Shown here: one piece after another, positions 36,144 through 45,791 of the stretch | Numbering within the stretch: the first letter of the stretch is position 1 | How the letters are laid out: each line of letters starts with the position of its first letter | NCBI GenBank assembly: GCA_963725925.1 | Contig: CAVSAY010000016.1 | Span: 102,146 to 166,145, forward strand | Direction of reading: 5' to 3' | DNA from: an uncultured Solirubrobacterales bacterium | GTDB lineage: Bacteria; Actinomycetota; Thermoleophilia; Solirubrobacterales; Solirubrobacteraceae | Length of the DNA: 64,000 nt | The notes under the pieces: generated by a model | What the model saw: only the letters and a program-made list of their open reading frames with translations | Told to the model about the DNA's origin: nothing | The model's database searches: none | Program-made: the position numbers and the translations under genes

Positions 36144-36774
36144 CGCGCGCTCCCGCCCGATCGACCGCTGTGCGCAACTCGCCGGCGGTCCGCTCCGGGT
36201 CGGCGGCGTCGGTCAGCGCCCGCACGACTGCGATCCGCTCGGCGCCGGCCGCGGCAACGTCGTTGACGTTGGCCGGCGAGATTCCGCCGATCGCGAAGAA
36301 CGGCACGGCCGCGTTTGCCGCCGCGTAGCGGACGAGCTCGAGCCCCACGGCCGGACGGCCGGGCTTGGTCGGCGTCGCGTGGACGGGTCCGACGCCGATG
36401 TAGTCCACGTCGGTGCCGGCCGCCGCGTCGACCTGCGCGGGACTGTGGGTGGAAAGGCCGATGAGCCTGTCAGGCCCGATGAGCTCACGGGCCTGCGCGA
36501 CGGCGGTGTCCTCCTGGCCCACGTGGACGCCGTCGGCGTCGGCGGCGTGGACCAGGTCGGGACGGTCGTTGAGGATGAACAGCGCGTCGTGGGCGTCGCA
36601 GGCGGCCCGGAAGCGGCGTGCCGCAGCGAGGATCTCCTCGTCTGAGCCGTCCTTGATGCGGAGCTGGACGATGTCCACGCCACCGCGCAGCGCGGCCGCC
36701 AGGAAGTCGTCGGGGCGGTCGTCGCAGACGAGGTACAGATGTGCTGCCTGCAGGCGTTGGCGTCTTGCGTCCAC
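36130..36774 (-). CDS. thiE: Thiamine-phosphate synthase
   Basis: GTG 36774; GGVDIVQLRIK, LNDRPD, DGVHVGQED, IGLSTH, DYIGVGPV..TPTK, AIGGI. Confidence 0.95.
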   Translation of the reverse strand: MDARRQRLQAAHLYLVCDDRPDDFLAAALRGGVDIVQLRIKDGSDEEILAAARRFRAACDAHDALFILNDRPDLVHAADADGVHVGQEDTAVAQARELIGPDRLIGLSTHSPAQVDAAAGTDVDYIGVGPVHATPTKPGRPAVGLELVRYAAANAAVPFFAIGGISPANVNDVAAAGAERIAVVRALTDAADPERTAGELRTAVDRAGARVGST

Positions 36775-36811
36775 GCCTGGAGTCTGGCAGGACTGGGGCG
36801 CTAGGATTCGC

Positions 36812-36910
36812 GTCAACGGGAGCCCCACCAGCTTGGGCTGAGAGGGCGGAGACCAGAATCCGCCGACCGTCTGAACCTGAACCGGGTAATGCCGGCGCAG
36901 GGAGGGAAAC
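36812..36910 (+). ncRNA. TPP (thi-box) riboswitch
   Basis: GGGAGC..GGCTGAGAG..GACCG..GAACCTGAACCGGGTAATGCCGGCGCAGGGAG matches the TPP consensus and lies directly upstream of thiO. Confidence 0.95.
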
Positions 36911-36911
36911 A

Positions 36912-38059
36912 TTGCGTGATCGCAGCAGCACATTTGACGTGGCCGTAGTCGGCGGGGGCGTCATCGGCCTGTCCGTCGCCTGGCGCGCCGCTCAACGCGG
37001 CATGCGCGTGATCGTGCTCGAGCGCGCGGAGCCCGGCGGCGGCGCGTCGTGGGTGGCGGCCGGGATGATCGCCCCGATCAGCGAGGCGCGCCCCAAGGAG
37101 CAGTCGCTGCTGCGCCTGTCGCTGGAGAGCGCGCGGGCGTATCCGGAGTTCGTCGCCGAGCTTTCGGCGGCTTCCGGGCGCGACCCGGGCTATCTGGGCT
37201 GCGGCACGCTGGCGGCAGCGCGCGACCGCGACGAGGCCGAGGCACTGGAGCGCGAGCTTGTGATGCGGGTCGGGCTGGGGCTGCCGGTGCGGCGCCTGCG
37301 CCCGAGCGAAGCGCGGCGCCTGGAGCCGGGACTTGCGCCCGCGGTGCGGCTTGCGCTCGACGTCCCCGACGACCACGTGATCGAGCCGCACGCGTTGACC
37401 GGTGCTCTGGCGCAGGCGCTGCTGCGTGCGGGCGGAGAGTTGCGCGCAGGGTGCGAGGTCGCCGAGGTGTGTGTGTCCGACGGCCGGGTCGTGGGTGTTC
37501 GCCTGGCCACGGGGGACCGCATCGAGGCCGATCAGATCGTGATCGCGGCGGGCGTGTGGTCTTCGTCGATCCCCGGAATTCCGCCGGATGCAAGGGTGCC
37601 GCTGCGCCCGGTCAAGGGGCAGACGCTGCGCATGCACGATCCCAGCGGTCCCGGCCTGCTGACGCGCGTGCTGCGGATGAGCCCCGGCTACGTGGTCCCG
37701 CGCGGCGACGGCCGCTACGTTCTCGGAGCGACCATGGAGGAGCGCGGGTTCGACACGACGATCACGGCCGGGGCAATCTTCGAGCAGTTGCGCGACGCGA
37801 TCGAGCTGGTGCCCGGGATCGGCGAATGGGTGATCGACGGGCTCGTGGCCGGACTGCGCCCCGGCACTCCCGACAACGCCCCCGTGCTCGGTCCGGGCGC
37901 GCTCGAGGGACTGCAATGGGCGACGGGTCACTACCGTCACGGGATCTTGCTCGCGCCTGTCACAGCAGATGCGCTCGCGGCCACGCTTGCCGGCGAGGCG
38001 CTCCCCGAGGTCTCGGCGCCGTTCGGGGCGCAACGGTTCGCCGGGGTGGCGGTGGGGGC

Positions 38060-38063
<4 letters not shown>
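36912..38063 (+). CDS. thiO: Glycine oxidase
   Basis: TTG 36912 after GGAGGG; VVGGGVIG, AAGM, PVKGQ, GLRPGTPD, ATGHYRHGILLAP. Confidence 0.94.
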
Positions 38064-39538
<1,475 letters not shown>

Positions 39539-39561
39539 CTCGCTCCGGGTTTCCCGGGCCC

Positions 39562-39759
39562 GAACGTCAACGGCCCATTGAAGGAGGGGATGGGGCGGGT
39601 CCGGGGTCGCGAGAGGGGCATTTCACGACAACGCGGACGTTTCGGCGGAAGCGTGTCGTGTGAACCACCGCATAGGTGGCTGGACACGGACAGCTTCGGC
39701 CGATCGAGCGACCGATTGTCGCGTTATGCCCCCCTCCATCCCCATCCTCAATGGGCCGT
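39562..39759. repeat. Dispersed nested-palindrome element, copy 2 (right terminus truncated)
   Basis: GAACGTCAACGGCCCATTGAAGG is identical to the copy 1 left end; the right arm CCTCAATGGGCCGT stops before TGACGTTC. Confidence 0.85.
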
Positions 39760-39772
39760 CAAAAAACCACCC

Positions 39773-39884
39773 AGCATTTCCCCCAAATCGAATGCCAGCG
39801 CAAGCCGCCTTTGGGCAATAACCGCGTCCCACGCTGCTTCCGCCCAAAGGCACGGTGAAGCCGGATCGACTTGGGGGAAATGCT
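39773..39884. repeat. Second, unrelated 112-bp palindromic element
   Basis: AGCATTTCCCCCAAATCGA ... TCGACTTGGGGGAAATGCT (18/19) plus inner CCTTTGGGC/GCCCAAAGG. Confidence 0.8.
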
Positions 39885-39947
39885 TGCTCGCAACGCCCGC
39901 ACGACCCTGGAAGGAATCCAGCACCACTTTTGTCATTCTCTGCAGCC

Positions 39948-40580
39948 ATGGACATCGCAATCCCGATCTTCGACAACATCACGGCGCTCGACGCGATCGG
40001 GCCTTATGAGGTCCTCTCGCGCCTGCCGGACGCGACCGTGCACTTCATCGCCTCCGAGCCCGGTCCCAAGCGCACCGAGAACTCGATGCTCGCGCTGCAC
40101 GCCGACCGCGCGCTGACCGACGTGCCCAATCCCGACGTGATCGTGTTTCCGGGCGGCTGGGGCACGAGGGCGCTGACGACCGACGAGCCGACGCTCGCGT
40201 GGCTGCGAGCCGCGCACGAGACGTCGCAGTGGACCACGTCGGTGTGCACGGGCTCGCTCGTGCTCGGCGCGGCGGGCATCCTCGAGGGGCTCGAGGCGAC
40301 CACGCACTGGCTCGTGCTCGACGCGCTCGCCAAGTACGGCGCCACGCCGGTCTCGCGTCGCGTCGTCGAGCAGGGCAAGGTGATCACCGCCGCCGGCGTC
40401 TCGTCCGGGATCGACATGGCGCTTACGCTCGCGGCGCACATCGCCGGCGACGAATACGCGCAGGGCATTCAGCTCGGGATCGAGTACGACCCCGAGCCGC
40501 CGTTCGACTCCGGCTCGACCGAGAAGGCATCGCCCGAGATCGTCGAGCTGGTCAAGCAGCAGCGCGCTCGGCTCGCCTGA
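39948..40580 (+). CDS. DJ-1/PfpI family protein (isonitrile hydratase-like)
   Basis: ATG 39948; LDAIGPYEV, FPGG, SVCTGSLVLG, TAAGVSSGIDM, EYDPEPPF. Confidence 0.92.
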   Translation: MDIAIPIFDNITALDAIGPYEVLSRLPDATVHFIASEPGPKRTENSMLALHADRALTDVPNPDVIVFPGGWGTRALTTDEPTLAWLRAAHETSQWTTSVCTGSLVLGAAGILEGLEATTHWLVLDALAKYGATPVSRRVVEQGKVITAAGVSSGIDMALTLAAHIAGDEYAQGIQLGIEYDPEPPFDSGSTEKASPEIVELVKQQRARLA

Positions 40581-41238
40581 CCGTCGCCAGCAGCGGCGCA
40601 TGGTCTGACAGCCCGTCGTGCTCGAGCGGCTCGGCCTCGTGCACGACCTCGAGCTCCCGCACGAAGAAGTGATCGACGCCGCGGCCGCCGGCGTACGCGA
40701 ACCCATCCAACGCCGGCGACCGCACGTTGAAGTCGCCGCCGAGGACGATCGGCAGCGAGCTCGTCCACGACGCCACCGTCGACGCCGCGAGCTCGCCCTG
40801 GCGCGGGTCTGCCTGCGTGTGCAGGTTGCAGATCCACAGCCCCTCCACCCTGACGCCGTGCACCCAGCGCCGCTCCGGCCGCACGCCCAGCCGCAGGCCC
40901 CGATGCTCGGCGATCCAGCCGGCGGAGCGCCGCACCAGAATCGCGTCGCAGCCGCCGCCGTTTGACTTGATCAGGTCCGGCCACCGGACCGCGATCGCCC
41001 GCCGGACTCCAGGCAAGGCGTTGCGCGACGTCAAGACCATCCGGTAGTCGGCGTCGAGCGCCGATGCAAGCTCGGCGGGCCACCACGGCGGCACCTCCTG
41101 CAGCAGCGCCGCGTCCCATTCCCAGGAACCCAAAGCCGCCGTGAACTCGCCCAGCAGCTCCCGTCCGGCGGGCGGCACCGCACGGCCGTGAAACAGGTTC
41201 CAAGTCAGCAACCGCCAAACCACGCGGCCAACGTACAC
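40552..41238 (-). CDS. Endonuclease/exonuclease/phosphatase family protein (start may be GTG ~41223)
   Basis: LLTWN, LQEV, NLH, GGDFN, VDH, SDHAP. Confidence 0.87.
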   Translation of the reverse strand: MYVGRVVWRLLTWNLFHGRAVPPAGRELLGEFTAALGSWEWDAALLQEVPPWWPAELASALDADYRMVLTSRNALPGVRRAIAVRWPDLIKSNGGGCDAILVRRSAGWIAEHRGLRLGVRPERRWVHGVRVEGLWICNLHTQADPRQGELAASTVASWTSSLPIVLGGDFNVRSPALDGFAYAGGRGVDHFFVRELEVVHEAEPLEHDGLSDHAPLLATVRRAERAAA

Positions 41239-41246
41239 TGCTGCGC

Positions 41247-42143
41247 TTGACTCGCCACTTCATCACCGGCGAGGAGCTGTCCCGCGACGAGCTCTACGCG
41301 CTGATCGACCGCGCGATCGAGCTCAAGGCTGCGCCCCACAGCTCCGACGTACTGAAGCGCCGATCGGTCGCGCTGATCTTCCAGAAGCCCTCGACGCGGA
41401 CGCGGGTGTCGTTCGAGGCGGGCATCGCCGAGCTCGGCGGCCATCCGATGGTGCTGCGCACCGACGACCTGCAGCTGACGCGCGGCGAGTCGGTCCGCGA
41501 CACCGCGTACGTGCTCTCGCGTCACGTCGCCGCGATCGGGATCCGGACCGGCCCCGACGAGCTGGTCTCCGAGCTGGCCGAGTACGCCACCGTGCCGGTG
41601 ATCAACATGCTCACCGCCGGCCATCATCCGTGCCAGGCGCTGGCCGACCTGATGACGCTGCGCGAGGCGTTCGGGGAGCTCGAGGGGCTGACAGTCGCCT
41701 ACGTCGGCGACGGCAACAACGTCGCCCGTTCACTCGCGGTGCTCGGCGCGCTCGCCGGCGTGACGGTCCGGGTCGCCGCTCCCGACGGCTACCAGCTCGA
41801 GCCCGTCGCAGGCGCGGTCCTGACCGACGATCCGCGAGCGGCCGCCGACGGCGCCGACGCTGTGTACACCGATGTCTGGGTGAGCATGAGCGACGACCCC
41901 GAGACCGCAGCACAGCGCCGCGAGGCGCTCGCTTCCTACCGGCTGGACGATGCGCTGCTCGACGCGGCGGCGCCAACGGCGATCGCGCTCCACTGCCTGC
42001 CAGCGCATCCGGGCGAGGAGATCACCGCTGAGGTCCTCTACGGACCGCGTCAGCGCATCTGGGATCAGGCCGAGAACCGGCGTCACGCCCAGAAGTCCCT
42101 GCTCGAGCTGCTAACCGGCGGCCCGGCGCAGCCCGTTGGGTAG
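41247..42143 (+). CDS. argF: Ornithine carbamoyltransferase
   Basis: FQKPSTRTR, HPCQALAD, DVWVSM, HCLP, QAENRRH. Confidence 0.95.
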   Translation: MTRHFITGEELSRDELYALIDRAIELKAAPHSSDVLKRRSVALIFQKPSTRTRVSFEAGIAELGGHPMVLRTDDLQLTRGESVRDTAYVLSRHVAAIGIRTGPDELVSELAEYATVPVINMLTAGHHPCQALADLMTLREAFGELEGLTVAYVGDGNNVARSLAVLGALAGVTVRVAAPDGYQLEPVAGAVLTDDPRAAADGADAVYTDVWVSMSDDPETAAQRREALASYRLDDALLDAAAPTAIALHCLPAHPGEEITAEVLYGPRQRIWDQAENRRHAQKSLLELLTGGPAQPVG

Positions 42144-42174
42144 TCTGGGCTGACAGCATCGGCGAGGAGGAACC

Positions 42175-42747
42175 ATGCCTGCAGCGAAGTCATCGTCGTC
42201 CGCGCGCGCATCTTCCGCCCGTTCGAAAAGCTCTCCCGGCGCCAGGCAGGCGACCCGAGCGTCCGGGGCCAACGGAATCGCGAATTTAGTTGAGCAGCTC
42301 ACCAACCGGGTGCTCAAGCCCCTGGATCTGGTGATGATCAGCCGAGACCGCATCCAGGACACGCTGGACGAGGCCGCCGAGCGTGGGCGGCTCACCCGCT
42401 CGGACGCAAACGACCTCGTCTCCGAGCTCGTCCGGCGCGGGCGCGAGCAGACCGACAGCGTCCTCGGCGACATCGAGCGCCTGCTGCTCGGTCGCGGCCG
42501 AAGCGGCTCGTCCACGAAGCTCGCCACTCCGGTCGAGAAGCTCGTGCGAGGCGCCGGACGCGTCAAGCGCTCGGTGTCCGGCAGCCTGCCGATCATCGCC
42601 TACGACGAGCTGACCGCGCGGCAGGCGACCGAGAGCCTCAAGGGCCTGACCCCGGCCGAGCTGCGCCAGGTGCGCGACTACGAGCGCCGTCACGCCAACC
42701 GCAAGTCGGTGCTGACGGCGATCACGCGCGAACTGAGCGACGACTAG
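42175..42747 (+). CDS. Hypothetical protein with a phasin-like helical region and a C-terminal YDEL helical domain
   Basis: RBS GAGGAGG; Ser/Ala/Lys-rich N-terminus; LDEAAERGRLTRSDANDLV; PIIAYDELT...ERRHANRKSVL. Confidence 0.65.
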   Translation: MPAAKSSSSARASSARSKSSPGARQATRASGANGIANLVEQLTNRVLKPLDLVMISRDRIQDTLDEAAERGRLTRSDANDLVSELVRRGREQTDSVLGDIERLLLGRGRSGSSTKLATPVEKLVRGAGRVKRSVSGSLPIIAYDELTARQATESLKGLTPAELRQVRDYERRHANRKSVLTAITRELSDD

Positions 42748-42766
42748 CCGCCTACGCGGCCCCGGA

Positions 42767-44263
42767 TCAACCATCCATCCCGAGATCGGCCAGCAGCACG
42801 CCGAACTCGAGCCGCTCGCCGGTGAGCTCGCCGAGCATCTCCTCGGCGCCGAGACGCTGCCCGTCGGCCCACAACCGCCGCAGCACATCCCCGGCCTCGC
42901 GCTCATCGAACCACGCAGGCCCGAAGCGGTCGCGCAAATACGCCCGCAGGTGCGTCTCAAGCGCCCACGCCCGCAGGTAGGACGCGCAGTAGAAGCCCGG
43001 GTCGACATCGGCCAGGAACGTCTCGGAGGGCCACTCGATGTGCAGCGCGCCGCCGATCAGCTGTGCGTAGCGCTGCGACAGCTCGTCCCACGAGCGGCCG
43101 TGCGGCGCGCCGTGGAGCTCCAGCTCGTAGGTGAGCTTGGCCGCGTAGCGGCGCATGTAGATGAGCCGCTGGATGCGGCCGTGGGCAAGCAGTGAGCCGG
43201 CGTCCTCGATTCCCAGCCGGCGCCGCAGCCACTCGGGATCCTCGATCAGGTGCTCGAACAGGAACGCGTAGGCCTCGGTGATCGAGTTGTCGCCGAGGTA
43301 CCGGTATTCAAATGACAGCTGCGGGTCGACGTGGGCGTAGTGCTCGGTGTGGCCGGCCTCGTGCATGAGCACGTCGAAGTCGTCGCGGCCGCCGACGGGC
43401 GTGAGCACGAGGTGCACCTCCCCGGGCACGCGGACCGGGGCGCAGAACGCTCGCGGCGTCTTGTTCGGGCGCGAGTCGAGGTCGAGGTGCACGGCGGCCT
43501 GGTCGGCGACATCGATGCCGAGCCCGAGCATCGTCTCCATCAAGCTCGGCACGAGCAGATCGGCCGGGAACTGCCCGTCCTCCTCCGGCGCCCGGAAGAA
43601 CCGCGTGAGATCCGAGCGCCGCAGCTCGCCCAGCTCGATCCCGAGCGTTCGGCGCACCTCCGGCTCGAGCATCGCGGGATATCCGGCGTCGCTGCCGGCG
43701 TTGAACGCGGCGGTCTGGAAGTGCAGCGCTGCCAGGTCGATCGCCTTGCATTCCGCGCACATCTCGCTGTAGCTGCTCCACCCGAGCGCGGCGGTGCACC
43801 GGTGCTGTCGCTCGAGCATCTCGCGATATAGGCCTCCGAGCTCGGACTCGGTCGCCTCGTTGCGTGCCCACTCGATCGTCGCGCGAACCTCGGCGTCGGG
43901 CTCGTTGGCCTGGATGACGGAGGACTCGCGGAAGCCCATCTGCCGGTCTTCGAGCTTCAGCGTCAGCGTGGCCTCGCGGTGCGCGAGCTCGGTCTCGAGC
44001 GCCTTGGTCTGCTCGCCGAGATGCCCCTCCACGGCGAAGTCGAGCAGCATCCGCAGCCGGCGGCTGTCGTCGCTTCCCGGCTCGGTGGCGTCCCGCTGCT
44101 CGCGCAGATCGTCGATCGCCCGGGCGGTGAACAGCTCCTCGTGGCGGCCGTAGATGGGCTCGATCTCGTACGTCTCCTTGAGCCCGGCGTAGTGGAGGTA
44201 GTACTCCCGCGTGAGGTCGGTCAGGAATGCCTCTGCCGACCGCCGATAGGCGTTGACGTCCAT
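42767..44263 (-). CDS. M3-like (oligopeptidase F-type) zinc metallopeptidase
   Basis: KTPRAFCAPV and LMHEAGHTEH (HExxH), followed by TEAYAFLFE. Confidence 0.7.
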   Translation of the reverse strand: MDVNAYRRSAEAFLTDLTREYYLHYAGLKETYEIEPIYGRHEELFTARAIDDLREQRDATEPGSDDSRRLRMLLDFAVEGHLGEQTKALETELAHREATLTLKLEDRQMGFRESSVIQANEPDAEVRATIEWARNEATESELGGLYREMLERQHRCTAALGWSSYSEMCAECKAIDLAALHFQTAAFNAGSDAGYPAMLEPEVRRTLGIELGELRRSDLTRFFRAPEEDGQFPADLLVPSLMETMLGLGIDVADQAAVHLDLDSRPNKTPRAFCAPVRVPGEVHLVLTPVGGRDDFDVLMHEAGHTEHYAHVDPQLSFEYRYLGDNSITEAYAFLFEHLIEDPEWLRRRLGIEDAGSLLAHGRIQRLIYMRRYAAKLTYELELHGAPHGRSWDELSQRYAQLIGGALHIEWPSETFLADVDPGFYCASYLRAWALETHLRAYLRDRFGPAWFDEREAGDVLRRLWADGQRLGAEEMLGELTGERLEFGVLLADLGMDG

Positions 44264-44286
44264 CGTGCTGCCATCCTAGTCCGGAG

Positions 44287-45651
44287 ATGACCACTCATCC
44301 CCCCACCAGGAGCCGCCCGTCGCGCGGCGATCAGCTGGAGCTGACGATCGACTCGCTCGCGTTCGGCGGCGCCGGCGTCGCACGGCTCGAGGGCTACGTC
44401 GTGTTCGTGTCAGACGCGGTCCCCGGCGACAGGGTGCGCGCGGTCGTGGGGAAGTCCAAGCGCGCATACGCGGAGGCCCGCGCCGTCGAGATCCTGGAGC
44501 CCAGTCCGGAACGGATCCCGGCGGTCGCCGACCATCCGGGTGCGCCGTGGCAGGTGCTGCCCTACGAGCGCCAGCTGGAGGTCAAGCAGGAGCAGGTGGC
44601 CGAGGCGCTGCGGCGGATCGGCAAGCTCGAGGGCTTCGAGCTCGAGCCGATCGTTCCCGCGCTGGAGCAGTGGCGCTACCGCAACAAGCTCGAGTACTCG
44701 TTCGGCGCCGATGACAGCGGTCGCCTCGTCTGCGGCTTCCACGCTCCTGGGCGCTGGGACCAGATCATCGAGGTGCGCGACTGTCTGCTGGCGTCGGAGG
44801 CCGGCAACGCGGCGCGCGAGCGGATCGTCGAGTGGTGCCGCGCGCAGGGCCTCGCGCCGTATGACCGCCGCAGCGGCGAAGGGCTGCTGCGCAACCTGGT
44901 CGTGCGCGAGGGTCGCCGCACGGGTCAGCTACAGGCCCGGCTGATCACCAGCCCCGGCCAGCTCGACGGGGAGGGCCTGGCCGCTGCCGCGCAACCGCTG
45001 ACGGGATTGCTGTGGACGCAGATCGACAGCGTCGCCGAGACGACGACGGGTGGCTCGACAGAGCTGCTCGCCGGCGCCGACCGGGTCGTGGAGGAGATCG
45101 GCGGATTGAACCTGCGCATCTCCCCCGAGGCGTTCTTTCAAACGAACACCGAGATGGCCGAGCGGCTTTACGGTCTGGCGATCGAGAGCGCACAGCTCGG
45201 CGGGTTCGAGCGCGTCTACGACCTGTATTGCGGGATCGGAACGATCGGGCTGCTGATCGCGCCGCGGGTGGCCGAGCTGTGGGGACTGGAGATCGTCCCC
45301 GAGGCGATCGCCGACGCGATCGCAAACGCACGGCGCAACGAGATCGACAACGCCCGCTTCTTCGCCGGTGACGTCCGGCTGGCGATGCGCGAGCTCGTCG
45401 AGGAGGCCGGCCGCCCCGACGTGATCGTCGTCGACCCACCGCGCGCCGGGCTGTCGGCCAAGATCGTGCGGCGGATCATCGAGGCGAGCCCCAAGCGGAT
45501 CGTCTATGTGTCCTGCAATCCGACCACGCTCGCGCCCAATGCCGCGCAGCTCGTCGAGGCCGGATACGAGCTCAAGCGGGTGCAGCCGGTGGACATGTTC
45601 CCGCAGACGCCGCACATCGAGTGCGTCGCCGTGCTGGACCGCAGCAGCTAG
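44287..45651 (+). CDS. rlmD: 23S rRNA (uracil-1939-C5)-methyltransferase
   Basis: TRAM domain, YRNKLEY, FFQTN, DLYCGIG, DPPRAG, YVSCNPTT, DMFPQTPHIE. Confidence 0.94.
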   Translation: MTTHPPTRSRPSRGDQLELTIDSLAFGGAGVARLEGYVVFVSDAVPGDRVRAVVGKSKRAYAEARAVEILEPSPERIPAVADHPGAPWQVLPYERQLEVKQEQVAEALRRIGKLEGFELEPIVPALEQWRYRNKLEYSFGADDSGRLVCGFHAPGRWDQIIEVRDCLLASEAGNAARERIVEWCRAQGLAPYDRRSGEGLLRNLVVREGRRTGQLQARLITSPGQLDGEGLAAAAQPLTGLLWTQIDSVAETTTGGSTELLAGADRVVEEIGGLNLRISPEAFFQTNTEMAERLYGLAIESAQLGGFERVYDLYCGIGTIGLLIAPRVAELWGLEIVPEAIADAIANARRNEIDNARFFAGDVRLAMRELVEEAGRPDVIVVDPPRAGLSAKIVRRIIEASPKRIVYVSCNPTTLAPNAAQLVEAGYELKRVQPVDMFPQTPHIECVAVLDRSS

Positions 45652-45653
45652 AT

Positions 45654-45669
45654 AAGCGTCGAGACGCTT
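45654..45669. terminator. Short perfect inverted repeat after rlmD
   Basis: AAGCGTC-GA-GACGCTT three bases after the stop; terminator or operator is unresolved. Confidence 0.3.
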
Positions 45670-45791
45670 TGGCTCTCAAGGTGCTGCGAAACCGATCGGT
45701 GTACAAAATCGCCCATTAGCGGTTGGTAGGTTCGCGCGGTTCGTAGGGCGCGGTGGGGAAGCGCCCGTCGCTCGTCATTGGGGATGAGGGC

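Noticed and set aside
45652-45790. Possible tRNA integration site before the surface-protein gene
   Set aside because: No cloverleaf or CCA end and no att-like direct repeat at the other end of the gene.
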